In this document: piece by piece, positions 6,253-16,475 of the stretch | Layout of the letters: every line of letters begins with the position of its first letter | How positions within the stretch are numbered: the first letter of the stretch is position 1 | Assembly: GCA_013696425.1 (NCBI GenBank) | Contig: JACCYP010000063.1 | Coordinates: 1-32,192 of the forward strand | Origin: Thermoleophilaceae bacterium | GTDB lineage: Bacteria; Actinomycetota; Thermoleophilia; Solirubrobacterales; Thermoleophilaceae | Length of the DNA stretch: 32,192 bases | Direction: 5' to 3' | Program-made: the position numbers and the translations under genes | The notes under the pieces: generated by a model | Told to the model about the DNA's origin: nothing | Seen by the model: the letters and a program-made list of their open reading frames with translations, nothing else | Databases searched by the model: none

Positions 6253-7254
6253 ATGCGCGGCGTGTCCGCCGACCAGCACCCGCTCGTGCTCGGCGTGGAC
6301 GTCGGCGGCACGAAGGTCGCGGTGGGCGCACTCGAGCGCGGTGCGATCACGGCCCGCACGGAGCAGCCGACCGTGCTCGACGGGCCCGACGCGTTGCTCG
6401 ACGGGATCGAGGCGGCGGTGGACGAGGTCGTGGCACGAACGGGAGCGCCCGCTGCGATCGGCGCCGGCATCCCTTCACAGATCGAGTTCGCCACCGGCAC
6501 CGTGCTCTCGAGCGTGAACATCCCGCTCGAGGGGGTGGCGCTGCGCGACGAGCTCTCCGCGCGGCTCGGGGTGCCCGCGGTGGTGGACAACGATGCCAAC
6601 TGCGCCGCGCTCGCCGAAGCCGACTCGCTGCCGGGATCGAACATCGTGATGCTCACGCTCGGCACGGGCGTGGGCGGGGGTGTGGTGATCGACGGGCGCA
6701 TCTTCCGCGGCTCATCGGGCCTCGGCGCCGAGCTCGGCCACGTGGTGATCGACGAGAACGGCCCGCCGTGCCCGGGCTCGTGCCCGAACCGCGGCTGCCT
6801 CGAGGCGTTCTGCTCCGGCACGGCGCTCGAGCGCGACGCGATGCAGGTGGCCGAGGACCGCCCCGACACCCACCTCGGGCGTGTGGTGGCCGAGCACGGC
6901 GAGGTGAAGGGCAAGCACGTGGTGCAGGCCGCCGAGGCCGGCGACCCGCACGCCCTCGACCTCTTCGAGCGGCTCGGGCGCCAGCTCGGCGTGGGCATAG
7001 CGAGCCTCGTGAACGCGTTCGAGCCCGAGCACGTGGTGATCGGCGGCGGCCTCGGGAGGGCGGCGGACTATTACCAAGCGCGGGCCGAGCGCGAGGCCTC
7101 GATCCGCGCGCTTCCCGCCTTGTGGGAGCGGACCCGGGTAAGCCGTGCCGCGAAGGGGGCGGACGCCGGCATGTTCGGCGCGGGGCTGCTCGCCTTGCAG
7201 GAGCTTGGCCGCAGCCGTGATACTTCCGCTCCGACCCGAGGAGAGGCCAGGTAA
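6253..7254 (+). CDS. glk: ROK-family sugar kinase, probable glucokinase
   Basis: Contains LVLGVDVGGTKVAVGAL (N-terminal ATP motif), VDNDANCAALAE, LTLGTGVGGGVVIDG and ELGHVVIDENGPPCPGSCPNRGCLEAFCSG (Cys-rich Zn region). ATG 6253 chosen within track ORF 6214..7254. Confidence 0.85.
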   Translation: MRGVSADQHPLVLGVDVGGTKVAVGALERGAITARTEQPTVLDGPDALLDGIEAAVDEVVARTGAPAAIGAGIPSQIEFATGTVLSSVNIPLEGVALRDELSARLGVPAVVDNDANCAALAEADSLPGSNIVMLTLGTGVGGGVVIDGRIFRGSSGLGAELGHVVIDENGPPCPGSCPNRGCLEAFCSGTALERDAMQVAEDRPDTHLGRVVAEHGEVKGKHVVQAAEAGDPHALDLFERLGRQLGVGIASLVNAFEPEHVVIGGGLGRAADYYQARAEREASIRALPALWERTRVSRAAKGADAGMFGAGLLALQELGRSRDTSAPTRGEAR

Positions 7255-7264
7255 CAGGAGAGAG

Positions 7265-9280
7265 ATGACAGCCACGACCACCGAGACGCGCACGCTGGAC
7301 GAGCTCTGCGTCAACACGATCCGCACGCTCTCGATGGACGCGGTCCAGAAGGCCAACTCGGGCCATCCGGGCACCGCGATGTCGCTGGCCCACGTCACCT
7401 ACACGCTCTACACGAAGGTGATGAACCACTCGCCTTCGAACCCGGACTGGCCCGACAGGGACCGCTTCGTGCTCTCCTGCGGCCACGCGTCGATGCTCCT
7501 CTACTCGACGCTCTTCATGGCCGGCTACGAGGGCGTGACCCTCGAGGACCTCGAGAACTTCCGCCAGCTCGACCGCCCGACCGCCGGGCACCCCGAGTAC
7601 GGCGACGCCGGGGGCATCGAGACGACGACCGGCCCGCTCGGCCAGGGCATCTCGAACGCCGTGGGCCTGGCGCTCGGTGAGCGCATGATGGCCGCCCGCT
7701 ACAACGAGGGCGAGCACGAGATCGTGAACCACTTCACCTACACGATCGCCAGCGACGGCGACCTGGAGGAGGGGATCTCGGGCGAGGCCAGCTCGCTCGC
7801 CGGCCACCTCGGCCTCGGGCGCCTGATCGCCTTCTACGACGACAACCACATCTCGATCGAGGGCGACACCGAGCTCGCGTTCTCCGAGGACGTGGCGGGG
7901 CGCTATGAGTCCTACGGCTGGCACGTCCAGAACCTCGGCGAGGACAACGGCATCGAGCGCGTGGAGGACGCGATCGCGAACGCCAAGCACGTGACCGACC
8001 GCCCCTCGCTGATCATCCTCCGCACCCACATCGCGGTGGGCGCGCCGAACGCGCAGGACACCAAGGAGGCGCACGGCGCCCCGCTCGGCGACGAGGAGGT
8101 CAAGCTCACCAAGGAGGCCTACGGCTGGCCCACCGAGCCGGCCTTCCTCGTGCCCGACGAGGCGTTCGAGCACTGGCGCGAGTGCATCCCGCGCGGCAAG
8201 GAGTCCGAGAAGCGCTGGGATCACAAGGCCTCGAAGTACGCGGAGTCCCATCCGGAGAAGTGGGCCGAGTTCGAGCGCCAGGTGGCGGGCACGCTCCCCG
8301 AGGGCTGGGACAGCGACACGCCGAAGTTCGAGGCCGGCGAGGACATGGCCACGCGCAAGGCGGGCCACAAGGTACTGCAGTGGGCGGCCTCGAAGGTGCC
8401 CGAGCTGGTGGGCGGCTCCGCCGACCTCGCGCCCTCGACCCTGACGGACATCGAGGACGCGGGCAGTGTCGAGAACGGCACGTTCGGCGGGCGCAACCTG
8501 CACTTCGGCATCCGCGAGCACGCCATGGGCGCGATCGTGAACGGGCTCAACCTGCACTACTTCCGCGCGTACGGGTCGACGTTCCTGATCTTCTCGGACT
8601 ACATGAAGGGCGCCATCCGCCTGTCGGCCCTCATGAAACTGCCGTCGATCACGGTGTTCACCCACGACTCGATCGGGCTCGGTGAGGACGGCCCGACGCA
8701 CCAGTCGGTGGAGCAGCTCGTGCACCTGCGCGCGACGCCGAACCTCCGCGTCGTGCGCCCGGCCGATGCGAACGAGACCGCGCTCGCGTGGCGCTACGCG
8801 ATCCGCCTCGACACCGGTCCGACGGCCCTCGCGCTCTCGCGCCAGGGCCTGCCGGTGATCGATCCGGCCAAGGTGCCAGACGACGCGATCGAGCGCGGCG
8901 CCTACGTCTTGGAGGATCCGGAGGGCGGCGAGCCCGACCTGATCCTCATGTCGAGTGGCTCCGAGGTCCCGATCTGCATGGCCGCGGCCGAGGCGCTCGA
9001 GACCGACGGCGCGAAGGTTCGTGTGGTGTCGGCGCCCTGCCTCGACACCTTCACCGAGCAGGACCAGGCCTACCGGGACTCGATCCTGCCGCCGTCGGTC
9101 AAGGCGCGCCTCGCTGTCGAGGCCGCGAGCCCGATGTCCTGGTACCGCTGGGTGGGTGACGGCGGCGACGTTCTCGGGATGACCACATTCGGAGCGTCGG
9201 GTCCGTACAAGGATGTCTACGAGAAGTTCGGCTTCACGCCGGAGAACGTCGTGAAGCGAGCCAAAGCACTAACGAGCTAG
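7265..9280 (+). CDS. tkt: Transketolase
   Basis: Contains [40 protein letters not shown]...[12 protein letters not shown]...[16 protein letters not shown]...[17 protein letters not shown] lies upstream of ATG 7265. Confidence 0.95.
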   Translation: MTATTTETRTLDELCVNTIRTLSMDAVQKANSGHPGTAMSLAHVTYTLYTKVMNHSPSNPDWPDRDRFVLSCGHASMLLYSTLFMAGYEGVTLEDLENFRQLDRPTAGHPEYGDAGGIETTTGPLGQGISNAVGLALGERMMAARYNEGEHEIVNHFTYTIASDGDLEEGISGEASSLAGHLGLGRLIAFYDDNHISIEGDTELAFSEDVAGRYESYGWHVQNLGEDNGIERVEDAIANAKHVTDRPSLIILRTHIAVGAPNAQDTKEAHGAPLGDEEVKLTKEAYGWPTEPAFLVPDEAFEHWRECIPRGKESEKRWDHKASKYAESHPEKWAEFERQVAGTLPEGWDSDTPKFEAGEDMATRKAGHKVLQWAASKVPELVGGSADLAPSTLTDIEDAGSVENGTFGGRNLHFGIREHAMGAIVNGLNLHYFRAYGSTFLIFSDYMKGAIRLSALMKLPSITVFTHDSIGLGEDGPTHQSVEQLVHLRATPNLRVVRPADANETALAWRYAIRLDTGPTALALSRQGLPVIDPAKVPDDAIERGAYVLEDPEGGEPDLILMSSGSEVPICMAAAEALETDGAKVRVVSAPCLDTFTEQDQAYRDSILPPSVKARLAVEAASPMSWYRWVGDGGDVLGMTTFGASGPYKDVYEKFGFTPENVVKRAKALTS

Positions 9281-9289
9281 GAGCCGGTC

Positions 9290-12025
9290 ATGGAAGCAGC
9301 GACGAAGGTCAATCCCCGGCTGAAGGCCCTTGTCGAGGCCGGCACGAGCCCGTGGCTCGACCAGATCCGCCGCAGCCTGATCGAGGGCGGCGAGCTCCAG
9401 CGGCTCGTGGAGGAGGACTCCCTGCGCGGCGTGACCTCGAACCCGGCCATCTTCGAGAAGGCGATCCTCGGCTCCGACGACTACGACGAGGAGATCAACA
9501 AGCTCTCGGGCGAGGGGCTCGAGGCGAAGGACATCTACGAGAACATCGCGGTGAAGGACGTCCAGATGGCCTGCGACGTGCTGCGCCCCGTCCATGACGC
9601 CACCGATGGCTACGACGGCTACGTGTCGCTCGAGGTCGAGCCCTCGCTCGCGCACGACACCGAGGGCTCGCTCGGCTCGGCGCGCGATCTGTGGGGGCGA
9701 GTGGATCGCCCGAACGTGATGATCAAGATCCCCGGCACCGAGGAGGGCGTCCAGGCGATCGAGGACGCCATCGCCGACGGCATCAACGTGAACGTGACGC
9801 TGCTGTTCTCGGTCGAGTCCTACGAGACCATCGCCGAGGCCTACATCCGCGGCCTCGAGCGGCGCCACGAGAAGGGGGAGTCACTCGACATCCATTCCGT
9901 CGCGAGCTTCTTCGTCTCGCGAGTGGACTCCGAGGTCGACAAGCGACTCGCCGATCTCGGCCGCGAGGACCTCGAGGGGATCGCCGCCGTGGCCAACGCC
10001 CGGGCGGCCTACATGAGCTTCAAGGAGATGTTCTACGGAGAGCGTTTCGCCGACCTGCGCGCGGCCGGCGCGCCGGTGCAGCGGCCGCTGTGGGCTTCGA
10101 CGGGCGTGAAGGACCCGAAGTACCCGGAGACCAAGTACGTGGACGATCTGGTCGCACCGGACACGGTGAACACGATGCCGATGGCCACACTCACCGCGGC
10201 TGGTGAGAAGTCCGAGATCAGCGGCCCTACCGCCGACCAGGACCCGGCCGAGGACCTGAGGAAGCTCGCCGACGCCGGGATCGACATGGGCGATGTAACA
10301 AAGACCCTGCTGAACGACGGCATCGACAAGTTCATCGATCCCTTCAAGAAGCTCGTGGACGGTGTGGAGACGATTCGCAAGGCCGTGCTCGAAGGCCGCC
10401 CGCCGACCATCGAGGCCGGGATCCCCGACGACCTCAGGGCGAAGATCAAGGCCCGCGCCAAGCAGTCCGAGGACGAGGAGGTCGCGCGCCGTGTGTGGCG
10501 CAAGGACGAGACGCTCTGGGGCGGTCCCGGACCGGAGATCGGCAACCGCCTGGGCTGGCTCACCGTGGCCGACAACATGCTCGAGGCCGCTCCCGAGCTG
10601 CGCTCGTGGGCGGAGAGCGTGGCCGGCGAGGGCTACACCGACGCCGTGCTGTGCGGCATGGGCGGGTCGAGCCTGGCGCCGGAGGTGTTCCGCCTCTCCT
10701 ACGGCGAGATCCCGGGTGCGCTGAACCTGCACGTGCTCGACTCGACCGACTCGGGCGCGATCAAGGCGGTCGAGGACGCCATCGATCTCGACAAGACGCT
10801 GTTCATCGTCTCCACGAAGTCGGGCGGGACGATCGAGACGCTGTCGCTCTACAAGCACTTCCGCGCGAAGATCGACGACGGGCAGCACTTCGTGGCCGTG
10901 ACCGATCCCGGCAGCGGCCTGGAAAAGCTGGCCGAGGAGCAGGACTTCCGGCGCATCTTCCTCGCCGACCCGAACATCGGCGGGCGCTACTCGGCGCTCA
11001 CCCACTTCGGGATCGTGCCGGCCGCGCTCATGGGCGTGGATGTCGAGGCCGTACTCAACCGCGCGCTGGTGGCGGAGCAGAACTGCGCCCACTACGGCTC
11101 GACCGCGGACAACTCCGGCCTCTGGCTCGGCCTCGCGATGGGCGAGCTCGCGCGCGAGGGGCGCGACAAGGTCACGTTCTTCGTCTCGCAGCCGATCGAG
11201 GGCTTCTCGCTCTGGGTCGAGCAGCTGATCGCGGAGTCGACCGGCAAGGAGGGCAAGGGGATCCTGCCCGTGGCCGGCGAGCCGATCGGCGCGCCTGAGG
11301 CCTACGGCGACGACCGCGTGTTCGTCTACCTGCGAAACGGCGACGAGCCGGACGAGGACACCGACGCGAAGGTGAAGGCGCTCGCCGATGCGGGCCATCC
11401 GACCGTCACGCTCACCACGGAGGGCGGGCCGAGCGATCTCGGGCGGATCTTCTTCTTCGCCGAGTTCGCGGTGGCCGTGTCGGGCTGGGTGCTCGGCATC
11501 AACGCCTTCAACCAGCCGAACGTGCAGGAGGCCAAGGACGCCACCAACAAGGTGCTCGAGGGCTATGAGTCGAGTGGCTCACTGCCGGACGTGGCCGACG
11601 CCTCGGACGAGGACCTGCGCGCGCTGCTGGCGGAGGCCGGGCCGGGCCGCTACGTGGCGATAATGGGCTACCTCGAGCCCTCGGAGGAGTTCGACGCCGC
11701 GGTCACCGACCTGCGCGTCGCGATCCGCGACGCGAGGCGCGTGACCACCACCTACGGCTACGGGCCGCGCTTCCTGCACTCGACGGGCCAGCTGCACAAG
11801 GGCGGCCCGAAGACGGGCATCTTCCTCCAGCTGCTCCACGACGTGGACGTGGCCGAGGAGATCCCGGGCTCGCCGTTCGACTTCACGACGCTCAAGCACG
11901 CCCAGTCGATCGGGGACATAGAGACGCTCAAGGCGCACGAGCTGCCGGCGGCGCGTGTGCACCTCGAGGGCGATCCGGTGGAAGCGGTCCGCGCGCTCAC
12001 CGAGCGCGTGAAGGGTCTGCTGTAG
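9290..12025 (+). CDS. tal: Bifunctional transaldolase / glucose-6-phosphate isomerase fusion (911 aa)
   Basis: The N-terminal roughly 370 aa (SPWLDQIRR...GVTSNPAIFEKAI...VSLEV...MIKIPGT) are transaldolase. From about aa 395 (VWRKDETLWGG...LGWL...LCGMGGSSLAPEV...FIVSTKSGGTIET) the sequence is a PGI/SIS domain. Such fusions are a known annotated family. Confidence 0.9.
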   Translation: MEAATKVNPRLKALVEAGTSPWLDQIRRSLIEGGELQRLVEEDSLRGVTSNPAIFEKAILGSDDYDEEINKLSGEGLEAKDIYENIAVKDVQMACDVLRPVHDATDGYDGYVSLEVEPSLAHDTEGSLGSARDLWGRVDRPNVMIKIPGTEEGVQAIEDAIADGINVNVTLLFSVESYETIAEAYIRGLERRHEKGESLDIHSVASFFVSRVDSEVDKRLADLGREDLEGIAAVANARAAYMSFKEMFYGERFADLRAAGAPVQRPLWASTGVKDPKYPETKYVDDLVAPDTVNTMPMATLTAAGEKSEISGPTADQDPAEDLRKLADAGIDMGDVTKTLLNDGIDKFIDPFKKLVDGVETIRKAVLEGRPPTIEAGIPDDLRAKIKARAKQSEDEEVARRVWRKDETLWGGPGPEIGNRLGWLTVADNMLEAAPELRSWAESVAGEGYTDAVLCGMGGSSLAPEVFRLSYGEIPGALNLHVLDSTDSGAIKAVEDAIDLDKTLFIVSTKSGGTIETLSLYKHFRAKIDDGQHFVAVTDPGSGLEKLAEEQDFRRIFLADPNIGGRYSALTHFGIVPAALMGVDVEAVLNRALVAEQNCAHYGSTADNSGLWLGLAMGELAREGRDKVTFFVSQPIEGFSLWVEQLIAESTGKEGKGILPVAGEPIGAPEAYGDDRVFVYLRNGDEPDEDTDAKVKALADAGHPTVTLTTEGGPSDLGRIFFFAEFAVAVSGWVLGINAFNQPNVQEAKDATNKVLEGYESSGSLPDVADASDEDLRALLAEAGPGRYVAIMGYLEPSEEFDAAVTDLRVAIRDARRVTTTYGYGPRFLHSTGQLHKGGPKTGIFLQLLHDVDVAEEIPGSPFDFTTLKHAQSIGDIETLKAHELPAARVHLEGDPVEAVRALTERVKGLL

Positions 12026-12040
12026 GGGGCAATCCTGCTT

Positions 12041-12061
12041 TGACCACCGTATGGGTGGTCA
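12041..12061. terminator. Perfect 8-bp stem / 5-nt loop hairpin (TGACCACC gtatg GGTGGTCA), 16 nt after the tal-pgi stop
   Basis: Read directly from the sequence. No U-tract follows on either strand, so it would be an I-shaped terminator or stabiliser at best. Confidence 0.35.
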
Positions 12062-12245
12062 ATCCAGGACTGTGTGACTAGCGGCGAAGGCGCTCGCGGG
12101 GAGCACGAAAGCGGTGGCGATGGCGAGCGAAAAGGCGAGGCGCTTCATGCCTCAACCAAGGCAGCAGGGCCCCAAAGCTTGCGGCCCCGGCGCCGGAACG
12201 TCGATACTGCCCGCTCCGCAACCCCGCGCAAAGGAATCGCCTCTA

Positions 12246-13175
12246 ATGCAACTCGGCTTCATCGGCCTCGGAAAGATGGGCGGCAACATGGTCCATCGCA
12301 TCCACCGCGACTCGGATCACACGGTCGTCGCATTCGACTTCTCCGACGAGGCCGTGAAGGAGGCCGAGGGCACCGGCGCCACCGGCGCCAGCGGCCTCGA
12401 GGATCTCGTCGGCAAGCTCGAGGCGCCCCGGACCGTCTGGGTGATGGTGCCCGCCGGCGATCCCACGCAGGAGACCGTGGACAAGCTCGCCGAGCTGCTC
12501 GAGGAGGGCGACACGATCATCGACGGCGGCAACACGAAGTGGAAGGACGACGTGCGCCGCGCCGAGGAGCTGAAGCCAAAGGGGATCAACTACGTCGACG
12601 TCGGCACGAGCGGCGGCGTCTGGGGCCTCGAGGTGGGCTACTGCATGATGGTCGGCGGCCCCGACGAGGCGGTCGAGCGCGCCGCCCCGATCCTCGACAT
12701 CCTCGCTCCGCACGAGACCGAGGAGTGGGGCAAGGGCTGGGGCCACATGGGGCCGACCGGTTCCGGCCACTACGTGAAGATGGTCCACAACGGGATCGAG
12801 TACGGGATGATGCAGGCCTACGCCGAGGGCTTCGATCTCTTCCAGCAGTGCCAGTTCGACCTCGACAACGAGAAGATCGCCAAGCTGTGGATGCAGGGAT
12901 CGGTGATCCGCTCGTGGCTGTGCGGCCTCGCCGCGCGCGCCTTCGAGCAGGACGGCAACGACCTCGCTCCGCTCAAGGGCTTCGTGAACGATTCGGGTGA
13001 GGGCCGCTGGACGATCGAGGAAGCGATCGAGAACGACGTGCCGATGCCCGTGATCACCACCTCGCTGTTCGCGCGCTTCTACTCGCGCGGCAACGGCGAC
13101 TTCACGGCCCGGGTGCTGGCTGCGCTGCGCAACCAGTTCGGCGGCCACGCGGTCGAGAAGCAGGACGGCCCGTGA
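12246..13175 (+). CDS. gnd: 6-phosphogluconate dehydrogenase, short (about 300 aa) decarboxylating Gnd-like form
   Basis: Contains MQLGFIGLGKMGGNMVHRI (Rossmann GxGxxG), IIDGGN, GTSGGVWG and GSGHYVKMVHNGIEYGMMQAYAEG. ATG 12246 chosen. The upstream parts of track ORFs 12074 and 12114 look non-coding. Confidence 0.9.
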   Translation: MQLGFIGLGKMGGNMVHRIHRDSDHTVVAFDFSDEAVKEAEGTGATGASGLEDLVGKLEAPRTVWVMVPAGDPTQETVDKLAELLEEGDTIIDGGNTKWKDDVRRAEELKPKGINYVDVGTSGGVWGLEVGYCMMVGGPDEAVERAAPILDILAPHETEEWGKGWGHMGPTGSGHYVKMVHNGIEYGMMQAYAEGFDLFQQCQFDLDNEKIAKLWMQGSVIRSWLCGLAARAFEQDGNDLAPLKGFVNDSGEGRWTIEEAIENDVPMPVITTSLFARFYSRGNGDFTARVLAALRNQFGGHAVEKQDGP

Positions 13176-14725
13176 CCACAGTCGGCCAGCAGGACAAAAC
13201 CGAGCAGGAGGCCAAGAACCCACTGGTGGAGGGGCTCGAGCGGCTCCCGGTCCACCCGACGAACCTCGTGATCTTCGGGGCCACGGGCGACCTCTCCAAG
13301 CGAAAGCTCCTGCCGGCGCTCTACAACCTCGCCCACGAGGGCGCGCTGCCGGAGCGCTTCAACCTGATCGGCGTGTCGCGTTCGGACATGCCCCACGGGG
13401 ACTTCCGCGGCATGGCCAAGGAGGCGATCGAGAAGTTCTCGCGCCGCAAGCCCGATCCCAAGGTGCTCGAGGAGCTGCTGAACGAAGCCAAGTACATCCC
13501 CGGCAGCTTCGACGACGACTCCGTCTACACGACGCTCACAGACACCCTCGAGGAGTTCGACGAAGCCGCCGGGCACCCGTTCAACCGGATCTTCTACCTC
13601 TCGACGGCGCCGATGTTCTTCCCCGTGATCGTCGGGGCGCTCGGCAGGCACAAGCTCGAGGACACCAAGGACGACAACGAGGTCCGGGTCGTGATCGAGA
13701 AGCCCTTCGGCACGAACCTCGAGGAGGCGCAGGACCTGAACGAGCAGGTGCTCGACGTGCTCGACGAGTCGCAGGCCTACCGGATCGACCACTACCTCGG
13801 TAAGGAGACCGTCCAGAACATGCTGGCGTTCCGGTTCGCCAACGGCCTCTTCGAGCCGATCTGGAACCGTAACTTCATCGACAACGTGCAGATCACCGCC
13901 GCCGAGGACATCGGCATCGGCAGCCGCGCCGGCTACTACGACAGCGCGGGCGCGCTGCGCGACCTGGTCCAGAACCACATGCTCCAGCTGCTCACGCTGC
14001 TGTGCATGGAGCCGCCGGTCACCTTTTCCGCCGACGATGTTCGCGACGAGAAGGTGAAGGTGCTCCACGCAGTGATCAAGCCGACACCCGAGACGGTGGA
14101 CAGGTTCGCCGTGCCGGCTCAGTACGGCCCGGGGGTCGATGCCGGCGAGGACGTCGGCGGCTACCTGCAGGAGGACGACGTACCCGAGGACTCGACCACG
14201 GAGACGTTCGCCGCGCTGCGCCTCGAGGTGGACAACTGGCGCTGGGCCGGGGTGCCGATCTACCTGCGCACCGGCAAGCGGCTCGCGCGCAAGGTCACCG
14301 AGATCGCGGTGACCCTGAAGCCGGTGCCCCACCTGGCCTTCCAGGAGGACGGTTCGGTGGGCGTCAAGCCGAACCAGATCATCCTCACCATGCAGCCCAA
14401 CGAGGGCGTGACGATCACTCTCGGGGCGAAGATCCCCGGCAGCCGGATGCGGATCCGGCCGGTGAACATGGAGTTCCTCTACGGCACGGCTTTCCTCTCT
14501 GAGTCCCCGGAGGCCTACGAGCGCCTGATCATGGATGCGATGCGCGGCGACGCCACGCTTTTCACCCGCAACGACGAGGTCGAGGCGCAGTGGCACATCT
14601 GCGACCCGATCGTCAAGAACTGGGAGGCCCAGTCGGGACCGATCGCCCAGTACGAGTCCGGCTCCCAGGGGCCGGAAGAGGCCGACGAGTTGCTCGAGGA
14701 GGGCTCGCACTGGCGGGCGATCTAG
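13172..14725 (+). CDS. zwf: Glucose-6-phosphate 1-dehydrogenase
   Basis: Contains LVIFGATGDLSKRKLLPALYNL, VIEKPFG and RIDHYLGKETVQN. The GTG start overlaps the gnd stop (GTGA). Confidence 0.95.
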   Translation: MTTVGQQDKTEQEAKNPLVEGLERLPVHPTNLVIFGATGDLSKRKLLPALYNLAHEGALPERFNLIGVSRSDMPHGDFRGMAKEAIEKFSRRKPDPKVLEELLNEAKYIPGSFDDDSVYTTLTDTLEEFDEAAGHPFNRIFYLSTAPMFFPVIVGALGRHKLEDTKDDNEVRVVIEKPFGTNLEEAQDLNEQVLDVLDESQAYRIDHYLGKETVQNMLAFRFANGLFEPIWNRNFIDNVQITAAEDIGIGSRAGYYDSAGALRDLVQNHMLQLLTLLCMEPPVTFSADDVRDEKVKVLHAVIKPTPETVDRFAVPAQYGPGVDAGEDVGGYLQEDDVPEDSTTETFAALRLEVDNWRWAGVPIYLRTGKRLARKVTEIAVTLKPVPHLAFQEDGSVGVKPNQIILTMQPNEGVTITLGAKIPGSRMRIRPVNMEFLYGTAFLSESPEAYERLIMDAMRGDATLFTRNDEVEAQWHICDPIVKNWEAQSGPIAQYESGSQGPEEADELLEEGSHWRAI

Positions 14726-14745
14726 CGGGCGCGCCCGAGCGGGAG

Positions 14746-15792
14746 ATGGAGGGCGTCTGGAGCGCCCGGGACACCTCGCCCTCGGACATCGAGGCGGCCC
14801 TTCGGGAGTTGCTGCGAAAGCGCCACGAGGAGGAGGCGGCCTACGTGCCGGCCCGGGTGCTCAATCTCGTGGTGGTGGTCGACCGCGAGTGGAAGGGCGA
14901 GATCGAGAACCGACTGGACAATGTCGGGCGCTACCACCCCTCGCGAACGATCCTCTGCGCTGTCGAGGAAGGACGCACCTCGATCGACGCGAACGCCTCG
15001 ATCACCGACGACTCCGAACGCACCGGCATGACGCTCGGGTGGGAGCGCGTGGAGGTGGACGTCGGGCCACAGCACGTGAAGGCGCTCGACTCGATCGTCG
15101 ACCCTCTGGTGGTCACCGACCTCGCGACGGTGGTCTGGGCGCCCCACCGCCACTACGAAGCCGTCGATTCGCTCCTGAAGCTCTCGCAGGTGGTTCTGCT
15201 CGACTCGGTGGACGAGCCGGAGCCCGAGCTGGCCGTCAGGCGTGCCGCCGGCTTCGAGCGCCAGGCCTACGTGGTGGACCTCGCGTGGCTTCGCTCGACG
15301 CCATGGCGCGAGCGCGTGGCCGCGATCTTCGATCCGCCGCGTTTCCGCGAGGCGGTGAACCGGATCACCGCCGTCACCGTTCGCCACCACCCGAGCTCGG
15401 TGGTGGCCGCATCGCTGCTCGTGGGCTGGCTCGCCACCCGGCTCGGATGGGAGCCGGGCCGGCTCGCACGCCACGGTGACACGCTTCACGGCCGCGCGAA
15501 GGCGCGCAGGCAGGAGGTCGAGATCCATCTCGAGACCGTCTCGGAGATGTCCGTGCCGGGGCTCGAGGGAATCACGATCGGGATGGACTCGGGGGCGAGC
15601 TTCTCGTTTGACCGCGGCCCGGGCGGGCTCACGGCGACGCGCAGGGGGCGCGACGGCAAGGAGCAGCAGTTCACGGCCCTCGGGGCCTCGCGCGGGGAGT
15701 CGGGGATCCTGGGCGAGGGCATCCGCCAGGCGTTGCTCCGCGATCCCACCTACGGCCCAGCGCTCGAGGCCGCCGAAAAGATGCTCACCTGA
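14746..15792 (+). CDS. opcA: OpcA, glucose-6-phosphate dehydrogenase assembly/effector protein
   Basis: It sits immediately after zwf. The N-terminus TSPSDIEAALRELL...ARVLNLVVVVD and the overall size (348 aa from ATG 14746) fit OpcA. Confidence 0.8.
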   Translation: MEGVWSARDTSPSDIEAALRELLRKRHEEEAAYVPARVLNLVVVVDREWKGEIENRLDNVGRYHPSRTILCAVEEGRTSIDANASITDDSERTGMTLGWERVEVDVGPQHVKALDSIVDPLVVTDLATVVWAPHRHYEAVDSLLKLSQVVLLDSVDEPEPELAVRRAAGFERQAYVVDLAWLRSTPWRERVAAIFDPPRFREAVNRITAVTVRHHPSSVVAASLLVGWLATRLGWEPGRLARHGDTLHGRAKARRQEVEIHLETVSEMSVPGLEGITIGMDSGASFSFDRGPGGLTATRRGRDGKEQQFTALGASRGESGILGEGIRQALLRDPTYGPALEAAEKMLT

Positions 15793-16475
15793 TGGAGGTC
15801 TCGGTAGTCGAGGCTCCGGCCGCCGTGGCGGCCGCCCGAATCGCCGTGGTGGCACAGGCGGGGGGCCACATCGCTCTCTCGGGCGGATCGACGCCCCGCA
15901 GCGCGTATGAGCAGGCCGCCGCCATCGGCGGGGACTGGAGTGGAGCCACGCTTTGGTTCGGCGACGACCGCTGCGTGCCGCCGGACTCCGAGCACTCCAA
16001 CTACCGGCTGGTGAAGGAGTCGCTGCTCGATCGCCTCGAGGGCGAGCCGCCCGCGGTCGAGCGGGTCGAGGGCGAGCTCGAGCTGGCCGAGGCCGCCGAT
16101 CGCTACGACGCCCGCCTGCGCGAGGGCCTCGACCGATTCGACCTGCAGCTGCTCGGACTCGGCCCCGACTCCCACACGGCCTCGCTGTTTCCGGGGAGCG
16201 ACGCCCTCGGCGTGAGCGATCGGATGGCGGTGGGCATCGAGACTCCGGGAATGGCCCCGCTCGTGCCGCGCGTGACGCTCACGCTCCCGGTGCTGAACGC
16301 GAGCCGCGACATCGTCTTCCTCGTTGAGGGAGAGGGCAAGGCGGAGGCGGTGGCGCACGCCTTCTCCCGCGCCGACGGCGGCAGTCCCGAGGCGCCGGCC
16401 TCGCTCGTGCGCGCCGATGGTGAGGACTCGACCCTCACGCTGATCTGCGACGAGGCCGCGGCGAGCCTGCTGTGA
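15792..16475 (+). CDS. pgl: 6-phosphogluconolactonase
   Basis: Contains IALSGGSTP, WFGDDRCVPPDSEHSNY and LLGLGPDSHTASLFPG. The start shares a base with the opcA stop (TGATG). Confidence 0.92.
   Translation: MEVSVVEAPAAVAAARIAVVAQAGGHIALSGGSTPRSAYEQAAAIGGDWSGATLWFGDDRCVPPDSEHSNYRLVKESLLDRLEGEPPAVERVEGELELAEAADRYDARLREGLDRFDLQLLGLGPDSHTASLFPGSDALGVSDRMAVGIETPGMAPLVPRVTLTLPVLNASRDIVFLVEGEGKAEAVAHAFSRADGGSPEAPASLVRADGEDSTLTLICDEAAASLL

Noticed and set aside
6700-6800. An unusual Cys spacing in the ROK zinc motif: C-x3-C-x4-C in PCPGSCPNRGCLE, instead of the CxCGxxGCxE I recall.
   Set aside because: It is probably a subfamily variant. I cannot judge novelty without an alignment, and the rest of the protein is a standard ROK kinase.
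5886-6998. A 370-aa minus-strand ORF opposite the glucokinase gene.
   Set aside because: Only the last 80 aa, downstream of the glk start region, have membrane-protein character. The rest is Ser/Pro/Ala-rich antisense of the ROK kinase.
12074-12245. N-terminal extensions of the gnd ORF (track starts 12074 and 12114).
   Set aside because: The extension is Arg/Gly/Pro-rich or low-complexity. The Rossmann GxGxxG fold begins right at MQLGFIGLGKMG (ATG 12246), which is preceded by AAGGAA.
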